Shown here: one piece after another, positions 24,843 through 45,503 of the stretch
How the letters are laid out: each line of letters opens with the position of its first letter
Numbering within the stretch: position 1 is the first letter of the stretch
Assembly (NCBI RefSeq): GCF_009914755.1
Contig: NC_060930.1
Reading direction: 5' to 3' (one strand)
Length of the DNA stretch: 64,000 bases
Origin: the human T2T-CHM13v2.0 reference genome, Homo sapiens
Position numbers and translations under genes: made by a program
The notes under the pieces: generated by a model
Database searches by the model: none
Seen by the model: only the letters and a program-made list of their open reading frames with translations
Told to the model about the DNA's origin: nothing

Positions 24843-27203
24843 CCTTATTACTGTAATAAGCCATCATTTTTGAACAATAGCCTCACATTTTCTTGGTGGA
24901 GAGTACTCAAATTTAGAGATTAGATTGAAATTAACAGTGGTCTGAATTAATAGATATTTACCAGTTATTAACAGTTAACAATTATTAGAGGCATCTTGTC
25001 TTTTTGGAAATCCTTTGTTCCCCCTTTCTTAACCAAAATGACTTTTGCCCCAGTCTGTTGATTCTAACTGGACAGTCAAGAGGGTCTTGCCACCCAAGTC
25101 TTGATCTGAGATCAACATTGTGTAGGGAAGCCAAAGTCCTAGTAAAATTAAATTAGTCTTTAATTAACTGACTACTTATTAGTGCCTATTCATCCAGACT
25201 CCCTTACCCAAAACTAATTTCCATCCTCCCCCATCCCACCCATGGCACCTCTTCCCACACTGTGTGAGGGCATCATTTTGTGGGTCCCCCCTCAACTGAT
25301 TGTCATACATGTAACATATTAGACATGCTATTTGAAAATTAAAAACATATTTCTATGCTATTAAAGGAGTTTGTTTAAGAAATAAGGCAAAAGAGTAACT
25401 GGCCTCACCATTCTCTTCCCATGCTAGAAGGGAGCGCACATGGTACTGTGACTGAGGACGCGGTTACTGAAAGCGGGGCTGTGACAGGCTCCTGGGAAGT
25501 GAACTTTGATGCAAAGGTAGCCTTGCAGTTCACCCCCAGGAAAGCTGTCACAGAGGTCACAAAACAGAATAGCTCACCAGCCAAATTAAGATCCTCAAAT
25601 CACAAAGTTTAATGTATCCATTTAAACCACATAGTGAGCAGCAAAGGAACACAGGCGGGGCCGGTCCGCACACCTATGTGGAAGGTCCTCACTTCCTCAT
25701 TTCTGCACCATCCGCACTTTCTGGCTCTCTGCTGCACGGGCCTTCCCTGCCAACGGCATGGGCATGTAGACCAGACCAGGGGTGATGGTTAGAGAATAGT
25801 GTCATGAACACATGGACAATATTGCTCTACCTGTCTCCCCACCCTAATCACCCCCACCCCCAGATGATTTTAGAAGGATTACTGGACATCTTTCCATCCA
25901 TAAAGGAAGTACTGCAGTATGTATCCCTAAAACCTAGGATTATTTTTGGTTAAACATAACCATAATATCATTATCACACCTAAAATTAATAAACAAGACC
26001 TCCTTAATGTCATCAAAAACTAGCCGGTGTCCAAATTTTCCTATTTGTCTCATAGATTCATGAGAAAATTGTTATATCTTTTGATGTCCATGTGCAAAAG
26101 TTCCTGTAGGTGAATATAAGCCTAGAAGGGAAATTTCTAGGTAGTGTCTGTCTTCAGTATTTTTAGAATATGCTGAATTGTTTTCCAAAGAGGTTGCACT
26201 AATTTTATATTCCAGTAACATTGAGGAAGGGTTCCCCTGGCTTTGCATCCTAGCCAATACTCGATACTGTCAGATTTTAAGAGGTTTTCCAGTGTGAGGC
26301 GTATAAAAAAAGGATGTCATGGTTTTAAATCACATTTTTCCAATTTTCCCACAAAATCTTTTTGAGTATGCCATGGAATATTTTTTAAAAAACAATTACA
26401 GGAGTTTTTCTACAATGCCAGTACTCATCATTTGTCAGCTTTATAAGTAGAAAAACATTCTCCTACTTTGTGACTGGCCTTTTCACTTCCTTATTGATGT
26501 CCTTTGTGACCGGAGATTCCCAACATAATATAATCACATATATCACACCTTTCCTTTGCATTTTATGCCCTTTGTGACTTTATCTGAAAGAGCCATTTCC
26601 ATCCCCAGGACAGTCTTCCATATTCTTTACATTGTATAGTTCTACATTTTTACATTTCAGACTCTAGTCCACCTAGCATTGACTTCCGTGCCTAAGATGA
26701 GATAGAGATCCAACTTCAGTGGAGAAAACTGGTCGACTCTGCATCATTGATTGAATCATCAATTGCATCACCAAAGATCAGCAATAAATCTGACATAAAT
26801 CATTTCTGCATCTGATTCTGGGCTATCTGATTCTGGGCTTCCTATTCTAATTCATTGATACTTTTATCTGTCCCATTTTGAGTGCTATGTAGCTTTAAAT
26901 TAGGGCTTGATATCATATAGGACAAGCTCCCACCACTTACTATCATGTCTTATCTATTACAGATCTTTGCTCTTCTATATAAGCTTAAGAATTCGCTTGT
27001 CAAGTTCCATGAAAAATTATTAAAATGGCATTAAATCTCAAGATCAGACTGGAGAACTGACACCTTTTCAACGTACAGGATTTCTGCCCATGAAGGCAGC
27101 ACCTCTGCTTATTTAGGTCTTTTTTAAAATGTCTCTTAATAATGCTTAATAACTTTCTCCATGAAGGGCTTGCAAATATTTTTCCAAATTTATTCCTAGA
27201 TAA

Positions 27204-27831
<628 letters not shown>

Positions 27832-27899
27832 AAATGGCAACTTTTTAAGTGAAAGCTTTTTATTTTATTTTCCCTCCAAAAAATATTTATTTATTTGTA

Positions 27900-29650
<1,751 letters not shown>

Positions 29651-30775
29651 ATAAATAGCAACTTTTTAAAAACTATAACTTTTTTGTAATGTTTATGTAA
29701 ACACTTTAATAAAATTTCATTGTAAAGCAAACGTATGTAGGTAACCACAACCCAGGTCAAGAAACTGCACATTCCCAAAACTCCAAAAGTTCCCTTCCCA
29801 ATCACAAACCCTTTCAAAGTTAACCGTTTTCCAGGAAATTATGATAGTTACTTCCTTGCTTTTCTGTATTATTTTACAAGCTAACTCACATCCATAAGAT
29901 AAATCATTTGATTTTGCTTCTTTTTGAACTTTCATTAAGATCACAGGTTGCATTGTTTTGGGTCCATGTCATTCTATTCCACATTATGATTGTGAGGTAC
30001 ATGAGAGTCATTGGCAACTTCATTCACTTTCATCGCTGTATAGGGTTTTATTATCTGAAATTTCCACAACTTATCCAACCTACTGTTGATGGACACTGGA
30101 TTGGTTCCAGTGTGCGACTGTAATAAACAGTGCTGCTCTGAATGTTATCTGTCTCTTTGTGCATATAGGAGCCTGCAAGGGATGTGCCTAGGGTGGAATT
30201 GCAGCATTCCAGGCTGTTCCTATGCCCCGTTAGGAGATAATGCCCATGGCTTTCCAAAGCAGTGATGCTAATTTACACCTGCGGTGTCTGAGAATTCCGG
30301 TTGCCCCACATCTCTTGAAGCGCTTGGTATTGTCCATCTTTTTTCATTTTAGTCATTCTTGTCAGTATGATGATATGTCATCGTGATTTTGTTTGCGTTT
30401 CTGGTAAATAAAGCAGCTGAGCACATCTGCAGGTTCATTGGCCATTTAGTCATCTCCCTTTCCACACCTCCTGTTCAAACCTCCTTTGCTTTTCTGTATT
30501 GAGTTGTTTCTTCATATTATTTCTTTGTAGGAGTTATTTTATATTTTGGATACAAGCCAGTTGTCAGTTATAAATGTTGTATTTATTTTATCCTACTCTG
30601 TCTTGCCTTTTAATTAACTCAGGGATGTCTTTTGACAAAAAAGTAGTTTTAATTTAATGTAGTCTAATGTATTAATATTTTTCTTAATGCTAAATGATTG
30701 TTGTTCCCGTTTTATGAACTCTTTCTCTATCTCAGCAGAATGAAGTTATTTCCTATATTATATGTTAAAAGCTCT

Positions 30776-34085
<3,310 letters not shown>

Positions 34086-34886
34086 AAGCTCTACCATTTT
34101 ACTTTTAACATTTAGATCTACACTGCATATAGAATTGATTTGTGTTATTTTTTTTTCACCTAATTGTATGCAGTTCTCCCAGAATCTCCCAGGTATTAAA
34201 GAGATTGTCTTTTATTGTAAATTTTGTCCATATATGTGGAAGTCTTTTTGTGTGCCCTTTACTCATTTTGTCTTTTCTGGGCCTATTGCTATAGTATTCT
34301 CATAACTGATAGAGCATTAGGCTTTTGTACTCTGCCTCCTCTTTCTCTAAACCCCTCTGTGTGGTATCGCCTTGTTTCTCAGTGCTGTGTTTCAGATAAT
34401 TTATTTTGCTCTATCTAGTTCACTGATTCTATCTTCAGGTTTGCCTGATCTATTGTTCAGCCCACTCACTGAATATTTACTTTCATTTATTTTATTTTTC
34501 CACTCTAAAAACTCTATTTCGTTCTTTTTCAAGCATCCTTGATTTGTTTTCATAGTTTCCTAATATTTACAATTTAGAATTTCATTTTAAAATTTATTTA
34601 ACTTTATTAATAACACTTACTGCATTTTCTGTGTCTGATAATTTCCATTATCCAAATTCGTTGTGAGTCTGATTTTACTGACCCTTCTTTCTCTTGGTTC
34701 TGGGTTTCTACAAAAAGTAAAAATATCAATGAAGTACCATGTTAATACATACTATTTACTTGATGCCATCATTGCTTATCATAACTTTCAATTCAAGAGA
34801 AAGAAAGCAGCCATTTCATTATTTGGGGGGAACTTCAGCATTTTCTTATCCTTTTCATCTAGTGACGATACCATAGTTGAATTCTC

Positions 34887-35190
34887 TTTTTTTTTAAGAC
34901 AGAGTCTCGCTCTATCACCCAGGCTGGAGTGCAGTGGAACGATCTCCACTCACTGCAACCTCCGCCTCCTGGGTTCAAGAGGTTCTCCTGCCTCAGCCTC
35001 CAAGTAGCTACAGTTACGTGCCACCACGTCCGGCTAATTTTTTTAGTAGAGTGTTTACTAGTATTTAGTAGAGTATTTGCTAGTATTTTTAGTAGAGACG
35101 GGGTTTCACCGTGTTAGCTAGGACCTTGTGATCCGTCCGCCTCGGCTTCCCAAAGTGCTGAGATTACAGGCGTGAGCCACCGCGCCCGGC
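34887..35190 (-). mobile_element. AluS/Y-type with internal tandem duplication and deletions
   Basis: Reverse Alu, ttagtagag repeated three times, TSD tgaattct. Confidence 0.8.
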
Positions 35191-35325
35191 TGAATTCTTA
35201 ATCCACACAGTTGACCCCATATTGATTTACTGTCTTAGACTACTAGAATGAATAAAAAGAATATATATATATACACACTCACACATATATATAGATATTC
35301 CTTATATATGCATTCCTTTTACATA

Positions 35326-35327
<2 letters not shown>

Positions 35328-35371
<44 letters not shown>
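35328..35371. repeat. (TA)~22 microsatellite
   Basis: Read directly. Confidence 0.95.
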
Positions 35372-35372
<1 letters not shown>

Positions 35373-35486
35373 TAATTCCCTGGTAAGAGTAGTGGGTGGT
35401 ACTTCCCCCTGGCACTTCACCTTCAGAATTTATAAGGCAAAGTGCCAGGGGGATGTACCACCCACTACCTCTTACCAGGGAATTAG
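35372..35486. repeat. Long inverted repeat (52/53-bp arms, 10-nt spacer)
   Basis: Arms 35372-35423 and 35434-35486 are reverse complements with 3 mismatches and 1 indel. Confidence 0.95.
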
Positions 35487-36274
35487 GAAATAATTCATAG
35501 CCCTCCAACTCCCGCCATTATCCCTGGATTTCCATATTTCTGTCTCTGGGCTGCTGGCCCATCTACTTCTGAAGGCCCGGAAGCCCAGTGACCTCCCTCA
35601 CTCAGCTGCTCCAAGCCAGAAATCCTGCCCTCTGTGTCCCGCTCTGGCCAAGCCTCCCATCCTGCCAGCACCCTGCCGCACTTCTCCCACTTTAATTTGT
35701 TCTTTGATCTCAGGGAGTTCCACATCCTCCATTCCTCTGGGCAGAGAAAAGGCAGGAGCCATCCACAACACAAAGTGTCAGAACTGCTTGTTCCAGGGAC
35801 AGGGGAGCTGCGGTCATCCCAGGAGAAGGAGGTTCACCCCTCCTGTGATCTACAAAAAGAGAGAGCCTTCTCTTCAAGATTGTATTTAAGTTGTTTTTTT
35901 TCTATTCTTTTCTAACATCTTACAAGGATGTTAATATCAATTCATTTTTTTCTGCAAATGTAAGGTTTGTCCACTTTATTCAACTTCGCGGCATTAACCT
36001 TTTTTGGATTACAGATCTCCTTAAGAATGTAACTTTAAAAAACACACCAGGGAGCCTCTCTCCAATAAAATCACATGTACATAATTGTAGACAACATATT
36101 TTAAGGGGGTTACCCTTCAACTTCATGAATCTTAACTTAAGCGCCCCAATCTACTATAACTTTGCCAACAGATTCCGCATTCAGTGGGCTCTCTGAAGAC
36201 TTTTACTTGTAAATTTTTCACTGAGCTTACATTTACCTTTACCAATATTCCTACCTCCTTTCCTGATTATGTGA

Positions 36275-36602
<328 letters not shown>

Positions 36603-37337
36603 GCAAGGCTATTTTAACTCAAACTGGAACTTGTGAACACTGGGGAAATCACGGAAACATTTTTTGAGATTTTGAAAATAGAGTATATACAATTTGATTA
36701 GCATTTTATACTCAATAATTCTGTTCTGGAGGATATCTTGAGATCACAGATATTGGCTAAAGAAAAGAGCCTCTGCTTCTGGCAAGAGACACTAATCTAC
36801 ACCAAAACCAGTTATGAGATAAATGAAAACAAATCCCTGTTAACAAAGATGTTGTGTGTCTGTATGTGTGTGCAGGTGGGATAAAAACAATCTCTCCTGC
36901 AACTTGCATGACAATCCGGAATAGTGACTGATGCATTTACATAGGCTGTATGGGTTGGCTTAAAGTTAATGTCTATAAAACATTCTAAATTGATAGAATT
37001 GGGGTCTATCCTGGAAAAAGGAACTATGCTGCAATTCCCTGGACAAAATTCAGGCAGAGTTCTGCCTTCAGCTTTGAAGCCACACCAGCATGCCCGGAGG
37101 AACAACATCCATCCCATTTCCAGAAGGCAGAAGTCAGTGCTGCCCTGAGATAGAGAAGAGTTTCCAACCCTTTACCAGTCATGGCCAGCAGCGAACATGG
37201 GGTCTCTGCTCTGCAGGCCGCTCCAGAACCCAGTTTTCCTGGGCTTTGTAAAAGTCACCTGCTGTGCACTGCGTATTTATGAGAAGAGACTGTGAGAGGT
37301 ACATTTTAAGATGCAAGATACTTTAATTAAACTATTA

Positions 37338-37667
<330 letters not shown>

Positions 37668-38846
37668 TTAACTGTTCATTTCACTCAACCTGGAAAGCAC
37701 TCCAAATAGATAAGCAGGTGTTGACAAGCCTGAACCCCAGTGTTTTTACTATGCCACATCGAATTGGGCTAATGCTAAACATGGCTGTCCACAAACACAC
37801 TTTGCATGTGACCAGAGAACAGGCTGCATCTGGATCTCCCCCTAGCTGGAGGCAGGCACACCAAATGATGCAGCTTTGGGTCAATTTCAGCACTAGATGA
37901 CAAATGACATCTACTTCTTGAATGTGAGTTTGCAAACCCTAAATTGGATACTCCACGTGATTTTGTGTCCAGAACACAGGGAGGCCGTGGTGGTCATAGA
38001 GGGAGCGTAGGCTTCAGTGCCAAGCCTGTGTGATGCCCAACTCAGCCGAGGACCCGCTGGGGCCTGCAGCCTCCATCTCCCCTTCTCTATGGGGTTATTG
38101 GTCACGAATGTGAGGTGCCCGGCACAGGTACTCTGTTATAAGTACACTACTTAACAACTGCTACCTGAATGGATGTAACTTATGTAACTTTATGCAAAGA
38201 ACTCAACATTCCAAGAGCCCGTACCAGGCCAGGCGTTCTGTCAAGCACCTTACTCACATTACTGCATGTAATCCTCCCAGCAAGCCCAGGAGAAGGTATC
38301 ACTCTATCCACCACACAAAGAAGAAGACTGAGGCCGAGCTGGGCTGAGGCACGCAGGCTGTCAGGAAAGTGGATGCTGCAGGCCAGGCATGCTGACCGGA
38401 GCAGCTAGAATGCTCCTCTGCTTCACTGTGAGAAGAGGAGGAGCGGGATTTATCTTGTGGAAGAAAACCTGAGCTAGAAGCAGGTGATATCGTGTGGAGC
38501 AGCACAGCCCTTGGCCCTCCCGGGGCTCCCAACATGGGCAGAGGGTGGTGGAGACAGAGTAGATGAGCAGCCATATTCAGTGCCACCAAGGAAGGAAAAT
38601 GTGATGGGGACATGAACGGCCTGGGGGAGCCCAGAGCTGGCATCCCCTCCCCTAGGGACATCCAGAAAGGGTTGCAGAAGGTGGTGCAGGGCTGGCTGAG
38701 GCCTGCAGATGGAAACTGCCAGACCAAATCTGGAATTCAGGTTTCTTAGTTCCCAATTCTTTCTACCTTTCCCCTGCTAAATTCTTCTCAAACACTGTAG
38801 TGTGAGGGTTTGTTGTTGTTTTGCAAGTATTTCTCATTTCTTTCTT

Positions 38847-38880
<34 letters not shown>

Positions 38881-38974
38881 ACTCACATGCCACATAGGGC
38901 CACTTGGTGTCTTCTTGTCTTCTGCTGAGAATCTGTTTTCCTGGACAGGCTCTTGAATTGTAAGAAGTCAAGGG

Positions 38975-39278
38975 GGTTGGGCATGGTGGCTCATGGCTGT
39001 ATATAATCCCAGCACTTTGGGAGGCCAAGGTGGGCGGATCACTTGAGGTCAGGAGTTCGAGACCAGCCTGGCCAACATAGTGAAACCCCATATCACTAAA
39101 AATACAAAAATTAGCCTGACATGGCGGCGGGTGCATGTAATCCCAGCTACTTGGGAGGCTGAGGCAGGAGAATCACTTGAACTCAGAAGGCAGAGGTTGC
39201 AGTGAGCCGAGATCATGCCACTGGACTCCAGCCTGGGTGACTGAGCAAGACTCTGTCTCAAAAAAAAAAAAAAAAAAG
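38975..39278 (+). mobile_element. AluSx-type
   Basis: Alu consensus, TSD-like aagaagt..agggg. Confidence 0.9.
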
Positions 39279-42181
39279 AAGTTGAGGGGAAGCAGTGCTG
39301 GAGGCTGTGGGCAGCCGGGCTTCTGTCCCTGTCTCCCTGGGCTGGACCGCAGCCTGCTGGTGTTGGCATGGGATGTGCACTCCAGCTTTGGGAAGCAAAG
39401 GCTACTTTCACATTTGTTGTTTTCGTTACATTCAGAATATGAAAATTAATTTTTAAAACAAAATGTGGTAAAGTTGGACTAGTGATGATTATTAAAATGT
39501 GTATTTATACATAAAATTCTTTGCTATTTTGGAAAATAGTACCTTATTGCCAAGAAATACCAGTTAGACCTCCTGTGATCGTCTGTGAGTTCATCCCCCT
39601 TGGATGCCGATTGTGGGGCAGCTTTGCCAGGTGACACCCGCCATGGAGACGGAGGAAAGTGGGAGGGAATCCAGGCACAGAAAGGTGGCGGTGGTTCTGG
39701 TTTTGTTCTGTCTTTAAGACAGATTCAATGTTAGATCTTTATTTCTCTAAAACCAAAGCTGACTTCTCTGTCCTCTGGCCACCTCCACATCAAGATCCAG
39801 AATTAAATCACCTCCACATCAAGATCCAGTGGAGTGCAAATGGACTGGACCTTTCTGAATCCTAGGTGGTAGCCACTGTCTACTGATGCCTTTTCTGTTT
39901 CCACAGAAACTCAGGTTATGAAGTCCAGTGCTACCTAGTGGGGAAACGCCAGACACTCACAATTCCAGCTCTCCGACTCCACGTCCCCCCACCCCCAGAT
40001 CTAGAGCTAAGGAAGGACAAGGCCTCACTTGTGCTGCTCCTGACCCACCGGACTCTGGCCAGACCTCCAGCTCTGCCCTCTTCATCCACATCTGCAAACC
40101 AGCCGCTCCCCTCCGCAGTTGGCTGGGGGTAGCACCAAACAGAGAAAAGCAAACACAGGAGAAAGCTGTCGGACTCAGCACTCCTTGAATACACAGTGGC
40201 TGTTGTTATAATGTCCTCAATATTTTTTCTTGCTGGAATCCTTGGGCAGGGATTCATCTTGAGGGAAGGAGGATGAACAAAGCCCCCCACATCGCAGGCC
40301 GCGTGCGTTCTTGCACGCATGCCTTGTATGGATCGTGTATGAGGGACATTAAAACCCACCTATTATTAGAGCCACCGAAACTGTATTTCCCTTTTACTCT
40401 GGAAGAGAATTACAAATAAAGCCTGGTATCTAACGGGTCTAAACCCAAGAAGCTGGGAGCTGAAAGAGCACCCTCTGTGGAAGCAGATGCCTCCCGGAAC
40501 AGGTTAGGATTTCGGTACCGGCTCTGCTGCTCGCGGGCTGTGAGCATGAATGTGCCTCTCTAGCCTCTCTGAGCCTCAGTTTTCTGATCTGCAATAGGTG
40601 ACAATGATTAGTTACTCACAGGGCTCAAGGTGAAGTGACATCACTTTTATGAAGAAGTTTGCAGCTTGCCTGGAACAGAGAGGCACTCAGAAGTGCCTAG
40701 TTCTCTTAATGCTAATAAAAGATACAACTTCAGTGCACAGTGTCCCCTCCCCTCCCCCACCTACATCATGGGGACAGAGGCCAGGAGGCTGTGCTCCACG
40801 GGGAATTCCCTTCAGACCTCGTCCAGCCCTGGAGGCCAAGGGAGTGCAGGTTACCTGTGGGCCCTGTCCCAGGTCGAATTATTGCCCTCTGGTGACAGTC
40901 ACAAGGAGGTCTCTCTGCTAACACTGCAGTGAAAGCTTCCCTGCACTCCCTCACTTGGTTCTCACGACAGCTCTGTGTGGACATGAAGTCATTCTTGTCC
41001 TTGCTGTTTCACTTTTGAACCAGCTCTAGAGCCAATAAATGTATTATTGGCTCTAGAGCCAATAAATGAATGCCTGATGCTCCCCAGCTGGGCTGACATC
41101 AGAGCCATCCGGGACTCTGAGGAGGGCTGCGAGGTGCCCAAAGGGCCACAGAGCAGCAGGTCGGGGCTGATTCCCCTTCATGTGGAGGCAAGACAGGTGC
41201 CCCGCGGCCCTGCAGGCCATTTGTCTCTGTACACACCACACAGCAAGCACCAAGGCAGAAACAAACACACAGTCTCTTATCAGCTCCTAGGAACAGCTGC
41301 TGACAAATTGCTTTTCTTGGGAAAGCACTCAGGCCTATTGGAGGAGACACAGTAATCAGAGGAAATGGTACCTGCCTCCGAGGCACTTCTACTTCTCAAA
41401 CAGCTAAAGAATGTAATTCAAGGAAGGTAATTTCAGCCCCAGTTTCTGCAGGAGTTGGTGAGTGAAGGCCAGAGATCCAAGAAGGCTTCCTGGAGGAAGT
41501 GATGGGGTAGCAGAAAAGAGGAAGAGGAAGTAAAGGGAGTGGGCCAGACCTAGTTGAGCCAAGTTGCCTGTCTTATTTGAGGGGAAGTGAAGTGGGGAAA
41601 GGAAGCAAGCACAGATTTTAGCTGGAATAGTAGAGGGAATGCGGTCTGGTGTGCATGGAGGCCTTCTGAAACGGTGTCTTCATGCCAGGAGCGCTTTGGC
41701 ATGGTTGTGAGCCTGGCCTGGCCCAGCAGTAAGGAGGACTTTTCGCCGTTTGCTATCTCTGAACCTCTCAGAGTGGCTGCCTTCTCACGTCCTCCCTAGC
41801 AGGGAGCCCCAAGGCGAGGCTCTTCCAAAGGCAAGGGGCCCTGGCAACTCCCCACTGGCCGGGCTTGGTGGGCTTGCAGCAACCTCTGGGAGCTTTGCAG
41901 ACCCCTGTCCTCGGACGCTCAGCAAGGAGGTTGAGGGTCAGCCCGGTCACTGTCTGTTTGGTCCAGGAATTGAAGCCCCTCACTGTGCGGAGAGGAGCAT
42001 CCACAGGTTTCAGGGCTTCTGTTCAACCCTCTGTGTGCAAAATAAACAGACTTGGGTAAATTCTGAGGTTGGCTGCAGACACGTCAACTGTTCCGAAGAC
42101 ACTTTGTTTTCCAAAAGAGTTTTGCTCGGTCATCTCCATGTCTGAGAATCCTAGATCTTCATGTCTCTATACACACACTGT

Positions 42182-42663
42182 AAGAAAATGTAGTGTGCAT
42201 CCATCATCTCACACATTTGTCATTTCCTTGCTTTGGAGACATTCAATATCCTCTGTGTAGCTGTTTGATACTATACAATATGTTATCATTAACTATAGTC
42301 ATCCTACAGCAGCAGAGAGCACTGATCACTATACATTATATGTATTGAAACATCACCATGTACCCCATGAATAAGTACAATTATTATTTTTCAATTACGA
42401 AATATAATTTATAAAGAAGAAAATGCAATGCACATCCATCGTCTCAAACATTTCTCATTTTTTGTGTTGGAGACATTCAGTATCCTCTGTTAAGCTGTTT
42501 GATACTATATTCTATATTATTGTTAACTGTAGCCATCCTACAGCCACAGAGAGCACTGATCACTATATATGTATCAAAACATTGCCATGTACCCCATGAA
42601 TACATATAATTATTATTTGTCAAATATTAATTGAAAGTACAATTAAAAAAAGAAAATGCAATG
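42182..42663. mobile_element. Tandemly duplicated (~234-bp unit) inverted L1MA 3'-end fragment
   Basis: Two diverged copies bounded by three aagaaaatg(c/t)a(a/g)tg motifs. Confidence 0.75.
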
Positions 42664-44863
42664 CAAACTAAAGGGCAAAGAGCAAACAGGATTTTTGAAA
42701 ACTTGTTCTTCCATCTTTTTAAACTTAAAATTTGTAATTTTTATTAGCTACAAAACTAAATAGGATGTTTCCTAATCATGTAAATTAAATGCCATAAACT
42801 ACTTGAAATAACTCCATGCCACCTGGAAGGAGCCTTACCTTCACTGAAGGTTAAGCACTAAGCTACTTGGATATTATCCTTGGACGGGCCACATACCTTC
42901 CACCTTTTGCCTCCTTTTGTGTGTGAGAAATATATATGGATTGGCTGAAAGAAAAAAAGACCTAGACCACCAGCATTTCGATCCAGCCCTGCTGTGTTTC
43001 TGTAATTACTTGGATTGGTTTAATCCAAACAAAGAGAATATTCTGAAGATGCTCAATGAAATTCTGATGGAAAGGATGGCTGGCCAAGAGACACCCTCCG
43101 ATCCCCAGGAGCTGCCACATGCAGGATCCAGGCTCCCGTGGGAAAGCCTCAGGACCAGGGGCGGCATTTGCATTTCCGAGGCCAGAACACACTTTTCCTA
43201 TATGTTGCCATTTCCCCAACTATTCAAGCTGATTAAAGGATGCTAGAAAATTACTTAAGCCCTTAAATTGCAACAACAAAGGCTTGGTTTCTCTTTTCAA
43301 CCAAAACAGCACGGCTGCCTGATTCAAATGCTAATAGCCGGGGCCTGAATTGGTCACTAAATGAGAGAGACACCTCTCCCTGCAAATGACCACAAAGCCA
43401 CTCCTTTGCAGTGACAATCTGCAGGATTCTCCCAGTTGGACGTTCTGTTAAATTGCTCCATGGGAAGCATCCTCGCGGTGGGCTGGTTGGTTTCTGGAGA
43501 AGATTGCCTTCTATCTGGCCAGGGCTGACTCTGGAGGAGCTAGGAACCACCCATCTCCCTTGTTGCAGAGCCAAGAGGACATTCCAGCAGATCTGGCACA
43601 GCTTTCAAATTCTTTGTTGAGGAAAAAGGCCCCAGTTTTAGAGCTGGTTGCTACCATCTCAACTCATCCTAATTTCAAAATGGCTCTAAAGACAGAATGT
43701 GGTTTCTCAGCTCCTTACCACCCCATCTCCACACCTCCCTTTGTACCCTACAGTCCCTTCTACCTGGGGGATGGGCACTGCCCGCCACTGACCAGATCCC
43801 CACTCTCTGGCTTGCTTCACCTACCCCCAGCTCATGAAAGAGGGCTTGGGGCCAGATGAAGGAAGTTCCAGTCCAAACTCTCCCATGTAGGGAGTGACCT
43901 CGGGCCGGGTACTGGGCTCTGTCCACCTGGGTACACTGTGGACCTGTTCAGTATCAGGGGAATAGGGAGGCCAATCTTCACACAGCTGCAGTGAAGGCAC
44001 ACACAGATTATACGGGATTTGGACTCAGCAGGCCAGAGGGCAGATTTTACCTCCTCCACCATCCTGACTCTGACCAGGCTACATCTCATGCTGAGCCTCA
44101 ACTTTCTTCTCTGTAACATTGCAAAGGTAACAGTACCCATCTTGCGAGGTTTTGCTGAGCGTTAGACGGTATACAAGTATACTATGTATAAGGCAACAGG
44201 GACTGTGCCTGGTGTGCCCAAGATTAGTGGATGGAGCTACCATAGGCGTGCAGTTAGGGTAGACAATGGAGAGGTTTTGAAATGTCTCTCCTCAATCTCT
44301 ATTCCTCTCTTTTGCCATTATTACAGTATGTCTTTCTAATGTTAAGTTTTGGATTTGTCTTATCTACCAATTATGCAGTTGTGCTCATTATTGACTCTGC
44401 ACCTACAGCCCAGCCCAGTGTGGTATTGGAAATGTAGTGTCATTGCTCAGGGAGTGATACAGTCCACGCTCTGTTGGCAGGTGCATTCCTGAGAGTTATT
44501 TCTATTCTGTCAATACATGCATATTTGGTAGGGGCAATGCTAATTTTCAGTTGACATGAGTAATATAATTTGTCAGTTTCTAGTCCTGAGGGAATTGTTC
44601 TTGATCCTCAAAGATGATGTCCACTTTTCTCTCACCTCTACCTTCTGCTTCCTAAATTCCTTGACAGTCTCAAAGGCCAGGGGTTACTGTTGTTTACTTT
44701 TTACATTTACATTATGCCTGGTTCTTTCCTATTGATTAGACATATGTCCTTCCTTTACTGGCAAATAGTTTTAATACCATTTTATAGAATAGCAATTCCT
44801 TAATATATCTAATATGAAAGACTGTGAATATGGCTGTGCAAAGTTGTATTTAAAATAGATTAA

Positions 44864-45503
<640 letters not shown>

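Noticed and set aside
25972-26550. TCACACCT T-box half-sites at ~25974 and ~26543
   Set aside because: Isolated and embedded in old L1-derived sequence, with no supporting motif cluster.
39931-40359. 142-aa ORF in unique sequence
   Set aside because: No recognisable homology, splice context or retrocopy hallmarks.
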